DNA from: Candidatus Eremiobacteria bacterium
Lineage (GTDB): Bacteria > Vulcanimicrobiota > Vulcanimicrobiia > Vulcanimicrobiales > Vulcanimicrobiaceae
Length of the DNA: 64,000 nucleotides
Direction of reading: 5' to 3'
Assembly: GCA_963737065.1 (NCBI GenBank)
Contig: CAVTRC010000001.1
Location: forward strand, 1,120,001 to 1,184,000
Below are positions 41,352 through 52,733 of this stretch, piece after piece. Numbering within the stretch: position 1 is the first letter of the stretch; each line of letters starts with the position of its first letter. Both the position numbers and the translations under genes were made by a program. Below the pieces are notes generated by a model. That model saw only the letters and a program-made list of their open reading frames with translations, did no database searches and was not told where the DNA came from.

Positions 41352-41445
41352 TGGCGGGAGCGTGTAGGAATCGAACCTACCAGCCGTCGTGAAACGGCCT
41401 CAGCGATTTTGAAGACCGTGCGAGCCACCAGACTCGTACGCTCCC
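41352..41445 (-). tRNA. selC: tRNA-Sec (UCA)
   Basis: 8 bp acceptor GGGAGCGT/ACGCTCCC, 6 bp D stem with TGGT loop, CT-TCA-AA anticodon loop, long variable arm, 5 bp T stem, GCCA end. Confidence 0.95.
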
Positions 41446-41449
41446 ACGT

Positions 41450-42019
41450 CTAGCCCGGCTTTGGGCGTAGGCGCCGATACGCCTTGCGGCCGGCGAGAAA
41501 AAGGCCGATCGAAAGCACGAGCGTGACGATCGCGACCACGATCGGAATGATGAACGCGAGGATTCCGCCGCTGAGCGCGACGCCGTCTTCGGCGGTGCTC
41601 ACCAGCGGATTGCCCAGGCCGCCCGTCGTCGCCGTCGATGCGGCCCGCAGGGACATCACGCCCGCGTGGATGCCGAGCGCATTCAGTGCGCCGAGGATCA
41701 TGAGAAACACGAGCATGTTTTGCGATTGCGGATGAATCGTGCCGCCGACGATGATCGCTGCAGCGGCCGGTTTGACGACGATCTGCGCGACGTGCAGGGC
41801 GTGATCGAGAAATGGAACTTTGTCGGCGAAAAGCTCGACCACGGCGACGGCGACCAAGATCCACATAACCGGGGCGGAGTTCAACCACGCGAACTGCGCG
41901 GGAGCATGGATTACGCCGAGATGGCCCGCTACGGCAACGAGCGCCAGCGATAGCACGCCGCGCAGACCCGCCGTCGTCGTCAGGGAATAAGCAAGCGCAT
42001 ATTGCGAGGCCGCATCCAT
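41450..42019 (-). CDS. DUF4126 membrane protein
   Basis: AGLR, ELFADKVPFLDH, NPLVSTAED. Confidence 0.85.
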   Translation of the reverse strand: MDAASQYALAYSLTTTAGLRGVLSLALVAVAGHLGVIHAPAQFAWLNSAPVMWILVAVAVVELFADKVPFLDHALHVAQIVVKPAAAAIIVGGTIHPQSQNMLVFLMILGALNALGIHAGVMSLRAASTATTGGLGNPLVSTAEDGVALSGGILAFIIPIVVAIVTLVLSIGLFLAGRKAYRRLRPKPG

Positions 42020-42104
42020 CGCCGCTCATTTTATCACGCTGTCATGTAAAACCGCCTAATCGCGCAGGACGGCCGGTACGGCCGGATAAGCTCAGCAGAA
42101 GGCC

Positions 42105-43388
42105 ATGATGTTCTACGAAACACCGGCCACGGGCGACGGCGGCCTCCTTCAGAGACTGCTCGGCATCACTTATGAGATCTTGCACTCGCAAGAGATCTCG
42201 CCCGCGCTGGAATCGATCGCACGTGCGGTTTCCGAGATCTTCGGATTCAAGTACGTCACGATCGTCGCTGCAGACGCCTCGGGCGGCGAGCTTTATCGCC
42301 GCGTGCTTCTTGGTTTTCCCGACGCGATCATCCGCGAGCGCTTAGGCGAGCACATCGAGCGCGAGGCCGTGCTGGAAATCTTGCCGCCGGAATCCGAAGT
42401 GCTGCCGTACTGTTTCTATAACCCGGCCGAACGCGAAATTCTGTGGAAGCAGAGCATCTATACCGGCTACCGCCCGCTCAATGAACCGCGATCGGCGCCC
42501 GACGCCTGGCACGAACGCGACACGCTGACGCTCGTGCTGCCCGATCGCGACGGCAATATGCTCGGCTACTTATCCGCTGACGCGCCGCTCGATGGGAAAG
42601 TGCCCTCGATCGAAACGCTGCGCCGGATGCAGCTCTTCGTCAATCTCGTCGGCCTCGCGCTGGCAAACTCGCGCGCGCACTACGCTGAGGTCGAACGCCG
42701 TCGGATTCTCGAAGAAAACGTTCGGATGCAGAACGAGTTCTTCAGCATGGTGTCGCACGAAGTGCGTTCGCCGCTCGCCGCAATTCGCGGCGCAACGGCG
42801 CTGCTGCAAACGCATTTTGAAACGCTCGGACTCGAACGCCGTCAAGAGCTGCTCGGCGTATTGTCGAGTTCGACCGCGCGTTTGTCGTCGATTTTCGAAG
42901 ATTTCTTGCTGCTCTCTCGCATGGAAGCCGGTCATCTCGCGCTGCGGATCGAGCGGGTCGCGCCCGTTGCGATTATCGAAGAATCGATGGCGCGCATGCG
43001 CAGCGAGCATCCCGATCGCGCGTTCAACGCTGCATATCTCGATCCGGTTCCGTACGTGCTCGCGGACGAAGGGCGCACGGTACAGATCATCACGAATTTG
43101 CTTTCGAACGCGGTGAAATACAGCTTTCCGGAAAGTCCGATTCTCGTCGACGTGAAGCCGGCGACGGATCGTTTGACGATCACCGTCGTGAACGAAGGGC
43201 CGGGTATCGAGGACGCCGACCGCAACAAGCTCTTTACGCGGTTCGGCCACCTTTCGGCGGGCGACGGATCGACTGGTCTGGGCCTGTACATTTGCCGCGA
43301 ACTGATCACGATGATGAACGGCACGATCGGCTTCGAATCCGAGCCGGGCAAGCGCACTTCGTTCTGGTTCACGTTGCCGCGCGCGTAG
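42105..43388 (+). CDS. Cytoplasmic GAF-HisKA-HATPase sensor kinase (orphan)
   Basis: [26 protein letters not shown]. Confidence 0.9.
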   Translation: MMFYETPATGDGGLLQRLLGITYEILHSQEISPALESIARAVSEIFGFKYVTIVAADASGGELYRRVLLGFPDAIIRERLGEHIEREAVLEILPPESEVLPYCFYNPAEREILWKQSIYTGYRPLNEPRSAPDAWHERDTLTLVLPDRDGNMLGYLSADAPLDGKVPSIETLRRMQLFVNLVGLALANSRAHYAEVERRRILEENVRMQNEFFSMVSHEVRSPLAAIRGATALLQTHFETLGLERRQELLGVLSSSTARLSSIFEDFLLLSRMEAGHLALRIERVAPVAIIEESMARMRSEHPDRAFNAAYLDPVPYVLADEGRTVQIITNLLSNAVKYSFPESPILVDVKPATDRLTITVVNEGPGIEDADRNKLFTRFGHLSAGDGSTGLGLYICRELITMMNGTIGFESEPGKRTSFWFTLPRA

Positions 43389-43443
43389 CGGACTGCGCCT
43401 TGACCGGTAGCTTTATGCGGGCGGTTATGGTACAAAGTGGCCG

Positions 43444-45273
43444 GTGAAGACGCGCCCTGATATACGAAACGTAGCCATTATCGCCCACGTCGACCACGGC
43501 AAGACGACGTTGGTGGATGCCATGCTCAAGCAAAGCGGCGTCTTCCGCGAAGGTCAGCACGTCGAGACGCGCGATTATGGACTCGAATCCGCTCGAGCGC
43601 GAGCGCGGCATTACGATCCTCGCGAAGAACACCGCCGTTCGCCATGGTGACGTAAAGTTCAACATCGTCGACACGCCGGGACACGCCGACTTCGGCGGCG
43701 AGGTGGAGCGCGTGCTTGCAAATGGTCCAAGGCGTCTTGTTGCTCGTCGATGCAGCCGAAGGCGTGATGCCGCAGACGCGATTCGTTTTACGCAAAGCGC
43801 TCGAACTCGATCTGAAGGCACTCGTCGCAATCAATAAGATCGATCGTAAGGATGCTCGTCCGACGGAGATCGTCAACGAAGTCTTCGATCTGTTCATCGA
43901 GTTGGGCGCGAGCGACGAACAGGCCGATTTTCCGGTCGTCTTCACGAACGGGAAAGCCGGCATTGCGAAACGTTCGATGGACGACGACAGTAGCGATCTT
44001 GAACCGCTGTTCGACATTATCAAGGCCCACGTCCCCGAAGCGCCTGCCGAAGATGGGCCGTTTCAGCTGCTCATTTCAGCGATCGATCACAACAAGTACG
44101 TCGGCCGCATCGGAATCGGGAGAATCTTCCGCGGATCGTCTCGCCTCAACATGCCGATCGCAAAAGTAGCGCGCGAAGGCAAAATTGCGATCGGCTTGCG
44201 TTTGACGAAGCTCTTGACGTTCCAGGGACTGGAGCGCATCGAAGTGGACGAAGCCGGCGCGGGCGATATCGTGTGCGTTTCGGGCATCGAGGACTTGAAT
44301 ATCGGCGATACGATCGCCGACGCAAATGCCGCCGAGGGTATTCATGCCGTCGCCGTCGATGAACCGACCGTTTCAATGTTCTTCTCGGTGAACAACTCGC
44401 CGTTTGCCGGCAAGGAAGGGAAGTTTCTCACGTCGCGCCAGATTCGCGAGCGGCTGATGCGCGAGCTGGAATCGAACGTCGCGCTACGCGTTTCGGACAC
44501 GGAATCAGCCGATACATTTGAAGTGCGCGGGCGTGGCGAATTGCATCTTTCCATTTTGATCGAAACGATGCGACGCGAAGGCTACGAACTTGTCGTTTCG
44601 AAGCCGCAGGTCATCATCATGGAGCGCGACGGCAAGAAATGGGAGCCGGTCGAATACGTGGTCGTCGACGTTCCATCCGAATACGAAGGACCGGTGATCG
44701 AGGCGCTCGGTAAGCGAAAAGCCGTGATGTCGAACATGCTCAACGTCGGCGATTCGCGCCGGCTGGAATACACGATGCCGACGCGTGCGATTTTCGGTTT
44801 GCGCGGCGAACTGCTGACGCTGACGCGCGGCACGGCGGTAATGTCGCACACGTATTACGATCATCAAGAGTGGCAAGGCGAATTGCCCGGCCGTAACGTC
44901 GGCGCGCTCGTGGCGACCGACACAGGACGCGCCACGGGCTACGCGCTCATGGGCGTCGAGCAGCGCGGACGGTTCTTCATCGATCCCGGCACGGACGTAT
45001 ACGAGGGCATGATCGTCGGACGCGCCAACGACGATAAGGACGTCGGGTTGAACGTCGTGCGCGAAAAGAAACTTACCAATATGCGCGCTGCGGGCAGCGA
45101 TGAGAACGTGAAGTTGGCCGCCCGCCGAAGACTTGTCATTGGAACGCGCAATCGAATTCATCGAAGATGACGAACTCGTCGAAGTGACGCCAAAGACCAT
45201 TCGCTTGCGCAAGCGGATTCTCAATGAAGGCGAACGGCTAAAGCGCGCAAGACGCGAAAAGGCAAACGTGTAG
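43444..45273 (+). CDS. typA: Translational GTPase TypA/BipA (three apparent frameshifts)
   Basis: [57 protein letters not shown]; breaks near 43575, 43717, 45122. Confidence 0.95.
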
Positions 45274-46171
45274 ACGCTCAACTAGTCGGCAAGTGCGTCG
45301 CGAGCCGTGCGATTCGATCGCTCCCCGCTCGGCCGCCGTTCGCGACTTGTGCGAACCGATGCGATCCGCGTATGCCTTCGTAATTTCAGCGCCGATCAAG
45401 AAAAGCTGCGCGGAGTAGTATAACCATAGCAGCACGGCAACGAACGAGCCCGCCGCACCGTACGTCGAGGTCGTTGCGGCACGGCCGAGATACAGCCCGA
45501 TCAAATATTGTCCGACGACCGAGAGCACCGCCGATACGATCGCTCCGAACCACACGTCGCGCCACGAAAGGTCGACGTTCGGTAGCCACTTGTAAATAGC
45601 GGCGGTAACGAGGATCGCGAACGCGAGAACGAGCGCAATATTCGCGATGGTCGCGCCCGCAGAGTTCAGATGCGTGCCGACGAGCGCGGTTGCAAATCCC
45701 ATTGCGAGGACGAGAACGGCTGCGACACCGATAATAACGATCGCTCGAGGCGAGCCATCAGCATTCCGACGAATTCCGCCCGGCGGTCGCGTGTCGAAGA
45801 TCGTGTCGAGCGCGTTTTGAATCGCGGCAATCAAACCGGTTGCCGCAACGGCAAAGATCGTCCATCCGACGATCTGCGCAACGACACCCTTCGAGCGCTC
45901 ACTGAATGTCGCTTGTATAATGTCCGCAATTGCTTTCGTTCCGGAATCACCAATCGCCGGCTGGAGTTGCTGCAGGATTTGATCGCGCACGGTGTGATGA
46001 TGTCCCGCCGCCGCCCAGAATGTCGGCGGCAATCTCGATGATGATGATCAGTAACGGCGCAATGGCGAAAATCGTATAGAACGCGAGCGCCGCCGCGAGC
46101 CGCGATGCCTGGTCGCTCGACCAACCCTTATATGCATCTTTGAGGAGGCTCAGCGTGTCGGCAGCGCGCAT
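45238..46171 (-). CDS. YihY/BrkB family membrane protein (frameshifted)
   Basis: [22 protein letters not shown]...LLWLYYS...GAE; 3' end approximate. Confidence 0.85.
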
Positions 46172-46174
46172 GCG

Positions 46175-46697
46175 CTACTCATACCCACGTTCCTGAGCCT
46201 TTTTCAGTTCGGCCGCCGCTTCGCGGACGTCGGTTGCCTGCGCCATCGAAGCGGCCGCCGTGTCTTCTCGGTTCGGCAACGTAAGGATCGATCGCGTCGC
46301 AACTGCTCGAGCAGATCGATGACCTTCGCGACTTTCTGCTCGGTCACGACCGCTATTTGCAGCGTGATCTCCGCCCGCCTGGTGCGCGATCGTCATTCTG
46401 CCGGTTCTGTGTGATCAGGATGAAAATCGCAACGATGAACGAGCCGAGCGAAACGATCAGTTCTAAAATCGGAAACTGCGGAGTATCGAGCGGCCGGTGC
46501 ACGACCGTTCGAAGCGCCGTGTTCGCTACGATCCACGTAAAAGCGAAGAGCAGGACCGCCGATGCGAACCATGGTCTCCCGAGCGAGCCCGTCACACGCT
46601 CGATGCCGAGCTGCGTCGTCGTAACGTTCCGGTGGCTGTCCTCGCGCAGTTCGGTTAACGTTTGAACGGCAAGCTCGATAGGGTCTTCCGGTCGCAT
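46175..46697 (-). CDS. DUF1003 membrane protein (frameshifted)
   Basis: FPILELIVSL...ILITQNRQ. Confidence 0.8.
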
Positions 46698-46736
46698 CCC
46701 ATCGTTTCTACCCGCTTGACGGGACGCGGGCCGCAT

Positions 46737-47681
46737 CTACGACGTAAATTGCAGGTTTTGCTCTGATGCGCGGCCTTCGATTGCCTCGGACGGCGTCATT
46801 CCGAACATCTGCTTGTGGTCCGAACTGAAGTGTCCCATGTGCCAGAACCCATAATCCGCAGCGATCTCGAGAATCGCCGTATTGCCGGCCGATGCGCGCA
46901 ACTTACGATGCGCTGCATTCAGACGGCACACTTTCCAGTACGTCATCGGGCCGACGCCATAGACATCTTTGAACGCGTAGATCAGCGCGCGCACGCCGCA
47001 GTGCATCTCCCTACAGATCCGCTCCAGCGTAAGCGGTTCCTCGACATTGTCCCACATGAACGCTTCAACGTTACGTACGAGTGAGAGCGAGCGCTGCTCT
47101 CGCCGTTGCTCGACGCGCGGTATCGAAGCGACGTTCGCCAACGCGGTGATGAGCGACCGCGCGATCTCTGCACGTGCATACAGCAGACGCGTGCGCGGAA
47201 ACATCGCGTCGGAAATGCGCGGTCCTTTGATCAGGCGATCGATCAGCGCGCGCACCTCGGCAAAGGTCGATGCGTCTACGAACGCCTCCGACGTGAGAGC
47301 CTCGAGGGAAGCGCGTTCTGTCTCCGGCACGTGCTCCAGGTTTAGACGAACCCACACGACGTGACTCGGTCCACGCGCGCATACATCGATATCCGAGCGC
47401 GGAGATATGCAGACCTCGTTGGTTCTCCACCGGTGGCCGCGTTCGACGATGCTGTCGCCCTCGATAAGGAAACCGGTCGAAATCGCGTTCGGCTCTTCCA
47501 TGAAGCGCAACTCGATGCCGCGATCGACGCCGTATTCGTAGATCGTCACGGCACCGAGGTGAATCGATGAAACGAACCCGGCAAGCAAGCCGGCTGTTAA
47601 TTGAATGCAATGAGTGCAACCAGGGAACGCATGCTCGACATCTTGCGTGCTCGTAACGGGTGCGATATCGACGAGTCTCAT
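46737..47681 (-). CDS. AraC-family regulator (EutR-like)
   Basis: RALIYAF...GPMTY...RL...YGFWHMGHFS...FGMTPS. Confidence 0.88.
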   Translation of the reverse strand: MRLVDIAPVTSTQDVEHAFPGCTHCIQLTAGLLAGFVSSIHLGAVTIYEYGVDRGIELRFMEEPNAISTGFLIEGDSIVERGHRWRTNEVCISPRSDIDVCARGPSHVVWVRLNLEHVPETERASLEALTSEAFVDASTFAEVRALIDRLIKGPRISDAMFPRTRLLYARAEIARSLITALANVASIPRVEQRREQRSLSLVRNVEAFMWDNVEEPLTLERICREMHCGVRALIYAFKDVYGVGPMTYWKVCRLNAAHRKLRASAGNTAILEIAADYGFWHMGHFSSDHKQMFGMTPSEAIEGRASEQNLQFTS

Positions 47682-47894
47682 TGCTCCGCCGCGGCTTCCA
47701 TGCGTAGAGAAGACGGAATTCACTCTCAATCTCCGTAAAACGGTACGAGGGTTTTTGGCAAGGCCAATTCTCACGGCGCAGCGAGAATATCCGGATAAAT
47801 TATATCGGAATTACAAAGAAGTGGTTTCCCTCGTGCGGTTTTTGCACCGTTCGGATACTCCAATGAAACGGATGCACGCTACGATGATGCCGGT

Positions 47895-48212
47895 ATGCGG
47901 ACCCTCAATGGGCAGTATCAGCTCGAGGACACCGTCGCCGCATTCTTCGGTGCACGCACGCTACGATTCGTTGCCCGCGACGCGTACGTCACGGGACGGT
48001 TCGGGCGCGAAGGCGTCATTCGAGGCTCGGTTAGCGGTCAGGAGCTCTTGGCTCAGTGGCACGACAAGGCGCGCCACGGCTGGCTGCGCGTCCGGTTCGC
48101 GCCATCGTTCAAGACCGCGGAACTCGAATACGGCTTCGAAAACAACAGTGGGCCTGCCGGCCGCTCGATGATCGTGCGCGTCGTGCGCTCTACGCGCGCA
48201 AAGCCGTTGTAG
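47895..48212 (+). CDS. Small beta-rich hypothetical protein
   Basis: ORF divergent from the AraC gene, upstream of a membrane protein. Confidence 0.55.
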   Translation: MRTLNGQYQLEDTVAAFFGARTLRFVARDAYVTGRFGREGVIRGSVSGQELLAQWHDKARHGWLRVRFAPSFKTAELEYGFENNSGPAGRSMIVRVVRSTRAKPL

Positions 48213-48224
48213 GAGCCATTCGAA

Positions 48225-48863
48225 ATGGCCGCAGTCGCGTTGGAAGACCGCAACGCTTTGGTGGATCGCATCGTCGACGTTGCGACCGTGCTGCTCATTT
48301 CGCTCGCAGCGTTCGGCACCGCATGGTGCAGTTATCAAAGCGCGAGGTGGAGCGGGCTGGAAGCGTTGAACTATAGCCGAGCAAACGCGGCGCGCGTTCA
48401 GTCTTCCACCTATATTGCGCGCGCGGGCGCACACCGAATCACCGATGTCATGATGTTTGCAGAGTACGCGCGCGCGCTCGAGCAACACAGTCCGTTTGCG
48501 TCGTTCTTACGCGACCGATTCGATCCACCGCTCGCAGCAGCGGTGAAGGCATGGATCGCGACCGATCCACTGCACAACGCTAAAGCGCCCCCTTCACCAT
48601 TCGCGATGGCCGCATACCATCTGCCCGACGACGCTGCAGCGCGAGATGCAAATGCGCGCGCCGACGCTTTCGTTCAAGATGCTGTAACGGCGAACGAAAC
48701 CTCCGACCGGTACATCTTCTTAACGGTGTTCTTTGCAGCAGCGTCGTTTTTAGGCGGCCTCACGATCAAATTGAGACGCCCGATGCATGTCGCTGCCGTA
48801 TCCGTAGGATTCGCGATCTTCTTTATTTCCGTCGCAATCATGGTTTCGTATCCGACTCGGTAG
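48225..48863 (+). CDS. Membrane protein (DUF4337-like)
   Basis: TAWCSYQSARW, three TM segments, GGAG RBS. Confidence 0.7.
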   Translation: MAAVALEDRNALVDRIVDVATVLLISLAAFGTAWCSYQSARWSGLEALNYSRANAARVQSSTYIARAGAHRITDVMMFAEYARALEQHSPFASFLRDRFDPPLAAAVKAWIATDPLHNAKAPPSPFAMAAYHLPDDAAARDANARADAFVQDAVTANETSDRYIFLTVFFAAASFLGGLTIKLRRPMHVAAVSVGFAIFFISVAIMVSYPTR

Positions 48864-48885
48864 CGTGCCTTTGCGGCAGCGTGAT

Positions 48886-51513
48886 TTATACCGTTGCGGG
48901 CACATGTTCCCCGACGGTGAACGTCAATTCGCCGGTGATTTGGTTGAAACCGACGTTGACCGTGTCACCGTCCCGCACGTCGCCCGCGAGAATTTTTCGG
49001 CCGAGCGGCGTCTCGAGTTCCTTCTGAATCGTTCGTTTGAGCGGACGTGCGCCGTAGTTCGGATCGTATCCAGCTTTGACGAGGTGACGCTTCGCGTCCT
49101 CGTCTAGGACCAGCGTGATGCGCCGCTCCGCAAGACGCGCACGCAGCCGCCCCAGCTGGATATCCACGATCTCCATGAGCTGCTCTTCGCTCAGTGCATG
49201 GAAGACGATGATCTCGTCGACGCGATTGAGGAACTCAGGCCGGAAGTGCGCTCGAAGTTCTTCCATTACCGTTGCGCGCATAACGGCCTCTTCAGCGCCG
49301 CCGAGTGCTCCGCGAAACTCGAGTATGCGATGGCTGCCGATGTTCGATGTCATAATGACGATCGTGTTGCGGAAATCGACCGTATGGCCTTGTCCGTCCG
49401 TCAACCGTCCGTCATCGAGAATCTGCAGCAGCACGTTGAAGACGTCGTGGTGCGCCTTCTCGATTTCATCGAAAAGAATCACGGAGTACGGATGCCGCCG
49501 CACCGCCTCGGTGAGCTGGCCGCCCTCTTCATAGCCGACGTATCCCGGAGGCGCGCCCAGCAATCGCGCGACGGTGTGCTTCTCTTGATACTCGGACATG
49601 TCGATCCGGATGAGCGCGCGATCGTCGTCGAAGAGATACTCCGCAAGCGCTCGCGCCAGTTCGGTTTTCCCGACACCGGTTGGGCCGAGGAAGATGAACG
49701 AGCCGATCGGCCGATTCGGATCGGCGAGGCCTGAGCGCGACCGAAGGACCGCTTCGGCAACGGCGTCGACCGCTTCGTCCTGTCCGACGACCCGCTTCTG
49801 CAACTCTTCATCGAGATGGAGCAGCTTTTGCTTCTCGCCTTCCAGCAGCTTCGAAAGCGGAATGCCCGTCCAGCGCGCGATTACCTCGGCGATGTCTTCT
49901 TCATCGACTTCCTCTTTCGAAAGGCGCCCAACTTCGCCGTCTTGCAAACGCGCCTCTTCCTTCGCAAGCTCTTTCTCGAGTTGCGGCAGCCGGCCGTACT
50001 TCAATTCGGCGACGCGATTGAGATCGTATTGACGTTCGGCTTGTTCGATCTGCACCTTCGCTTCGGTAATCTGCTCGCGCATTTCACGTAAACGGACCGA
50101 TGCGTTTTTCTCCGACTCCCATTGCGAGCGCAGCTTCGTCTGCTCTTCGCGCAGCTCGGCGAGTTCGCGTTCGAGCGCGTCGAGGCGCTCGCGGCTCTGA
50201 CGATCGCTCTCTTTACGCAGTGCTTCACGTTCGATTTCGAGCTGCATCACGCGTCGCGACACTTCATCGAGCTCTTGCGGCATCGAGTCGATCTCGGTGC
50301 GCAACTTCGCCGCGGATTCGTCGACGAGATCGATCGCCTTATCGGGCAAGAAGCGGTCCGCGATGTAGCGATTGCTCATCGTTGCCGCGCCGACGAGCGC
50401 GCTGTCTTTGATTCGCACGCCGTGGTGCGCTTCGTACTTCTCGCGCAAGCCGCGCAAAATCGAGATCGTGTCCTCGACGCTCGGTTGATCGACCATCACC
50501 GGCTGGAAACGGCGTTCGAGCGCGGCATCCTTTTCGATGTACTTGCGGTATTCGTCGAGCGTCGTCGCGCCGATCATGTGCAGTTCGCCGCGCGCGAGCA
50601 TCGGCTTGAGCAGGTTGCCCGCATCCATTGCGCCTTCAGCTTTGCCTGCACCGACGACCGTATGCAGCTCGTCGACGAACAGAATGATCGCTCCCTCGGA
50701 ATTCGCAACGTCCTTGAGCACCGCTTTCAAACGCTCTTCGAACTCGCCGCGATACTTGGCGCCCGCGATAAGCGCACCCATATCGAGCGAAACGATGCGC
50801 TTGTTTTTCAGCCCTTCGGGCACGTCGCCGCGTACGATCCGTTGCGCCAGTCCTTCGACGATCGCGGTCTTTCCGACGCCGGGATCGCCGATCAAGACGG
50901 GATTGTTCTTGGTGCGGCGTGACAGCACTTGAATGATGCGCCGGATTTCGTCGTCGCGGCCGATCACGGGATCGAGCTTCCCACGCTCGGCTTCGAGCGT
51001 TAGATCGCGCCCGTAACGCTCGAGCGACTTGTACGTCCCTTCGGGATCTTTGGTGGTCACCCGCTGATTGCCGCGCACGGCGCGCAACGCCTCGAGCAAT
51101 TTGTCGCGCGTCAAACCGGCATCGCGGAAGATCTTGCCGACCGGTCCCGGCGACTGCGCCATGGCGAGCAGCACGTGCTCGACCGAGGTGTAATCGTCTT
51201 GCAGCGCTTTTGCTTCGTTCTCGGCCGTTGCCATGACGCGGGCGAGTTCGGGCGAGAGCGTCACTTGCGCGCTCTCGGCGTTCGCGCCGGACAGACGGGG
51301 CAAAAGGCCAATTGCCTCGTCGACCTTTTTCGTGAAAGGCTTCACATCGACGCCGGCAGCGCCCAGAATATCAGGCGCAATCCCGCGCTCTTGCTCGAGC
51401 AATGCGGCGAGGAGGTGCTCCGCGGTCGTTTGGGTGTTGTGTTCGTGGAGCGCACGAGTGTACGCCGCGTTGAGTCCTTCGCTCACGCGCTCGGTCATCT
51501 TGTCAACGTTCAT
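48886..51513 (-). CDS. clpB: ATP-dependent chaperone ClpB
   Basis: Two AAA+ modules ([16 protein letters not shown]) and a coiled-coil M domain. Confidence 0.97.
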   Translation of the reverse strand: MNVDKMTERVSEGLNAAYTRALHEHNTQTTAEHLLAALLEQERGIAPDILGAAGVDVKPFTKKVDEAIGLLPRLSGANAESAQVTLSPELARVMATAENEAKALQDDYTSVEHVLLAMAQSPGPVGKIFRDAGLTRDKLLEALRAVRGNQRVTTKDPEGTYKSLERYGRDLTLEAERGKLDPVIGRDDEIRRIIQVLSRRTKNNPVLIGDPGVGKTAIVEGLAQRIVRGDVPEGLKNKRIVSLDMGALIAGAKYRGEFEERLKAVLKDVANSEGAIILFVDELHTVVGAGKAEGAMDAGNLLKPMLARGELHMIGATTLDEYRKYIEKDAALERRFQPVMVDQPSVEDTISILRGLREKYEAHHGVRIKDSALVGAATMSNRYIADRFLPDKAIDLVDESAAKLRTEIDSMPQELDEVSRRVMQLEIEREALRKESDRQSRERLDALERELAELREEQTKLRSQWESEKNASVRLREMREQITEAKVQIEQAERQYDLNRVAELKYGRLPQLEKELAKEEARLQDGEVGRLSKEEVDEEDIAEVIARWTGIPLSKLLEGEKQKLLHLDEELQKRVVGQDEAVDAVAEAVLRSRSGLADPNRPIGSFIFLGPTGVGKTELARALAEYLFDDDRALIRIDMSEYQEKHTVARLLGAPPGYVGYEEGGQLTEAVRRHPYSVILFDEIEKAHHDVFNVLLQILDDGRLTDGQGHTVDFRNTIVIMTSNIGSHRILEFRGALGGAEEAVMRATVMEELRAHFRPEFLNRVDEIIVFHALSEEQLMEIVDIQLGRLRARLAERRITLVLDEDAKRHLVKAGYDPNYGARPLKRTIQKELETPLGRKILAGDVRDGDTVNVGFNQITGELTFTVGEHVPATV

Positions 51514-51611
51514 CGTTCACCCCATACGACACCAGCAGCCGTCCAATGGTTGCAGTCAAAGCAGTCCAATTCAAGCGGGATTCGTTCTTACGTGAAGTGT
51601 ACCCGGAGCCT

Positions 51612-52700
51612 ATGCACATCGCGGCCGGTGCGATTCGCGTGTTCTACCTTTTTGACGTGGCCGACACAATCGATCTGGGCGCGCTCCGCACGGTCGAGGG
51701 CGAAGGAGTCTTTCCCAAGGATATTCCGCTTCGGACATACGCATCCACGGCCTACCTGCAATTTCCGGTACCGCCGCTCGTCGCTCGTTTACCTGACGCA
51801 TCGTTTCGAAATATGGCGTGCACGATTCGCGCGAAATTTTTTGACTACGGCGTGATCTCGTTGCGGTTCTCGTTTCTGATCGAAGGCAGCTGGCAGCACG
51901 TGCAAGCAGCAGCGAACGCGTTACGGCGCAACGACGAGATCGCTCGCTATGCGTCGGACACGGTGGAACGCATCGCTCGGGAGCTCGGGCCGGCGCTTGA
52001 CGACCGGCACCGCACGTTGATCGAAGATTACCTCGTCGTCGAAGTCGATCGGTTCGAACCGACCGTTGAGTCGACGGCGCTCTTGCACGAACATTCCGAA
52101 ACGCTCGCGCAGGTGCTGCTCGGTGAAACGAGCTTGCTCTCGCACGGCGAGATCGAAGAAGCGCTACGTACGCGCTTCTCGTACTACCTCGACGATCTAA
52201 CGATCGTTCAGTGGGACACGGCGTTCGTTTACGACCGGCGTGAGTCGAGCGATGCCATTAGCGACATCCTCGAATTCGCGAACTCGCAACTGCTCGAGCT
52301 ACGAGCGTACGACGCGTTGCTCGATAGAGAACTCGATGCGATTTACGCATTGCAACCGGGTTCGCGGGCGCGATCGCTCTTCGGACGCCGCGAAGCGGAA
52401 TCCGCCGCGACGATTCGTTACCTTATCGTCGACATACTCGAGTTGATCGATCGTTCGAGCAACGCGCTCAAAGTCGTCGGCGACGCCTACTACGCGCGTA
52501 TTTATCGCGCCGCAGCTTCGCGCCTCGGGTTGGCCGATTGGCAGAGCCAGATCGACAGCAAGCTCGCAAGCGTGCGCGACATGTACCAATTCCTCATCGA
52601 TCAAGCGCGGTCGCGACGCGATGAATTCATGGAAATCATCGTCATCGTGCTAATCGCGATCGAAGTGGTCATCGGCGTCTGGACGCTCGTGCGCCGCTAA
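51612..52700 (+). CDS. RMD1/DUF155-like protein
   Basis: FDVADTIDL, FDYGVIS, ILEFANSQLLELRAYD, C-terminal MEIIVIVLIAIE. Confidence 0.75.
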   Translation: MHIAAGAIRVFYLFDVADTIDLGALRTVEGEGVFPKDIPLRTYASTAYLQFPVPPLVARLPDASFRNMACTIRAKFFDYGVISLRFSFLIEGSWQHVQAAANALRRNDEIARYASDTVERIARELGPALDDRHRTLIEDYLVVEVDRFEPTVESTALLHEHSETLAQVLLGETSLLSHGEIEEALRTRFSYYLDDLTIVQWDTAFVYDRRESSDAISDILEFANSQLLELRAYDALLDRELDAIYALQPGSRARSLFGRREAESAATIRYLIVDILELIDRSSNALKVVGDAYYARIYRAAASRLGLADWQSQIDSKLASVRDMYQFLIDQARSRRDEFMEIIVIVLIAIEVVIGVWTLVRR

Positions 52701-52733
52701 CACGTGCATTCGGCGGCGGTCGTTCATCGCCGT

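Larger units (their letters stand above)
33387..41362. mobile_element. Integrated element at tRNA-Sec, phage-satellite-like
   Basis: Tyrosine integrase next to the tRNA 3' end, HTH/excisionase genes, rep, TerS-like gene, AT-richer sequence, degenerate copy of the tRNA 3' end at the left edge. Confidence 0.8.

Noticed and set aside
43444..45273. typA as a true pseudogene or programmed frameshift
   Set aside because: There are three unrelated single-base indels without slippery sites, the protein is otherwise conserved, and neighbouring genes are similarly affected; sequencing error is more likely.
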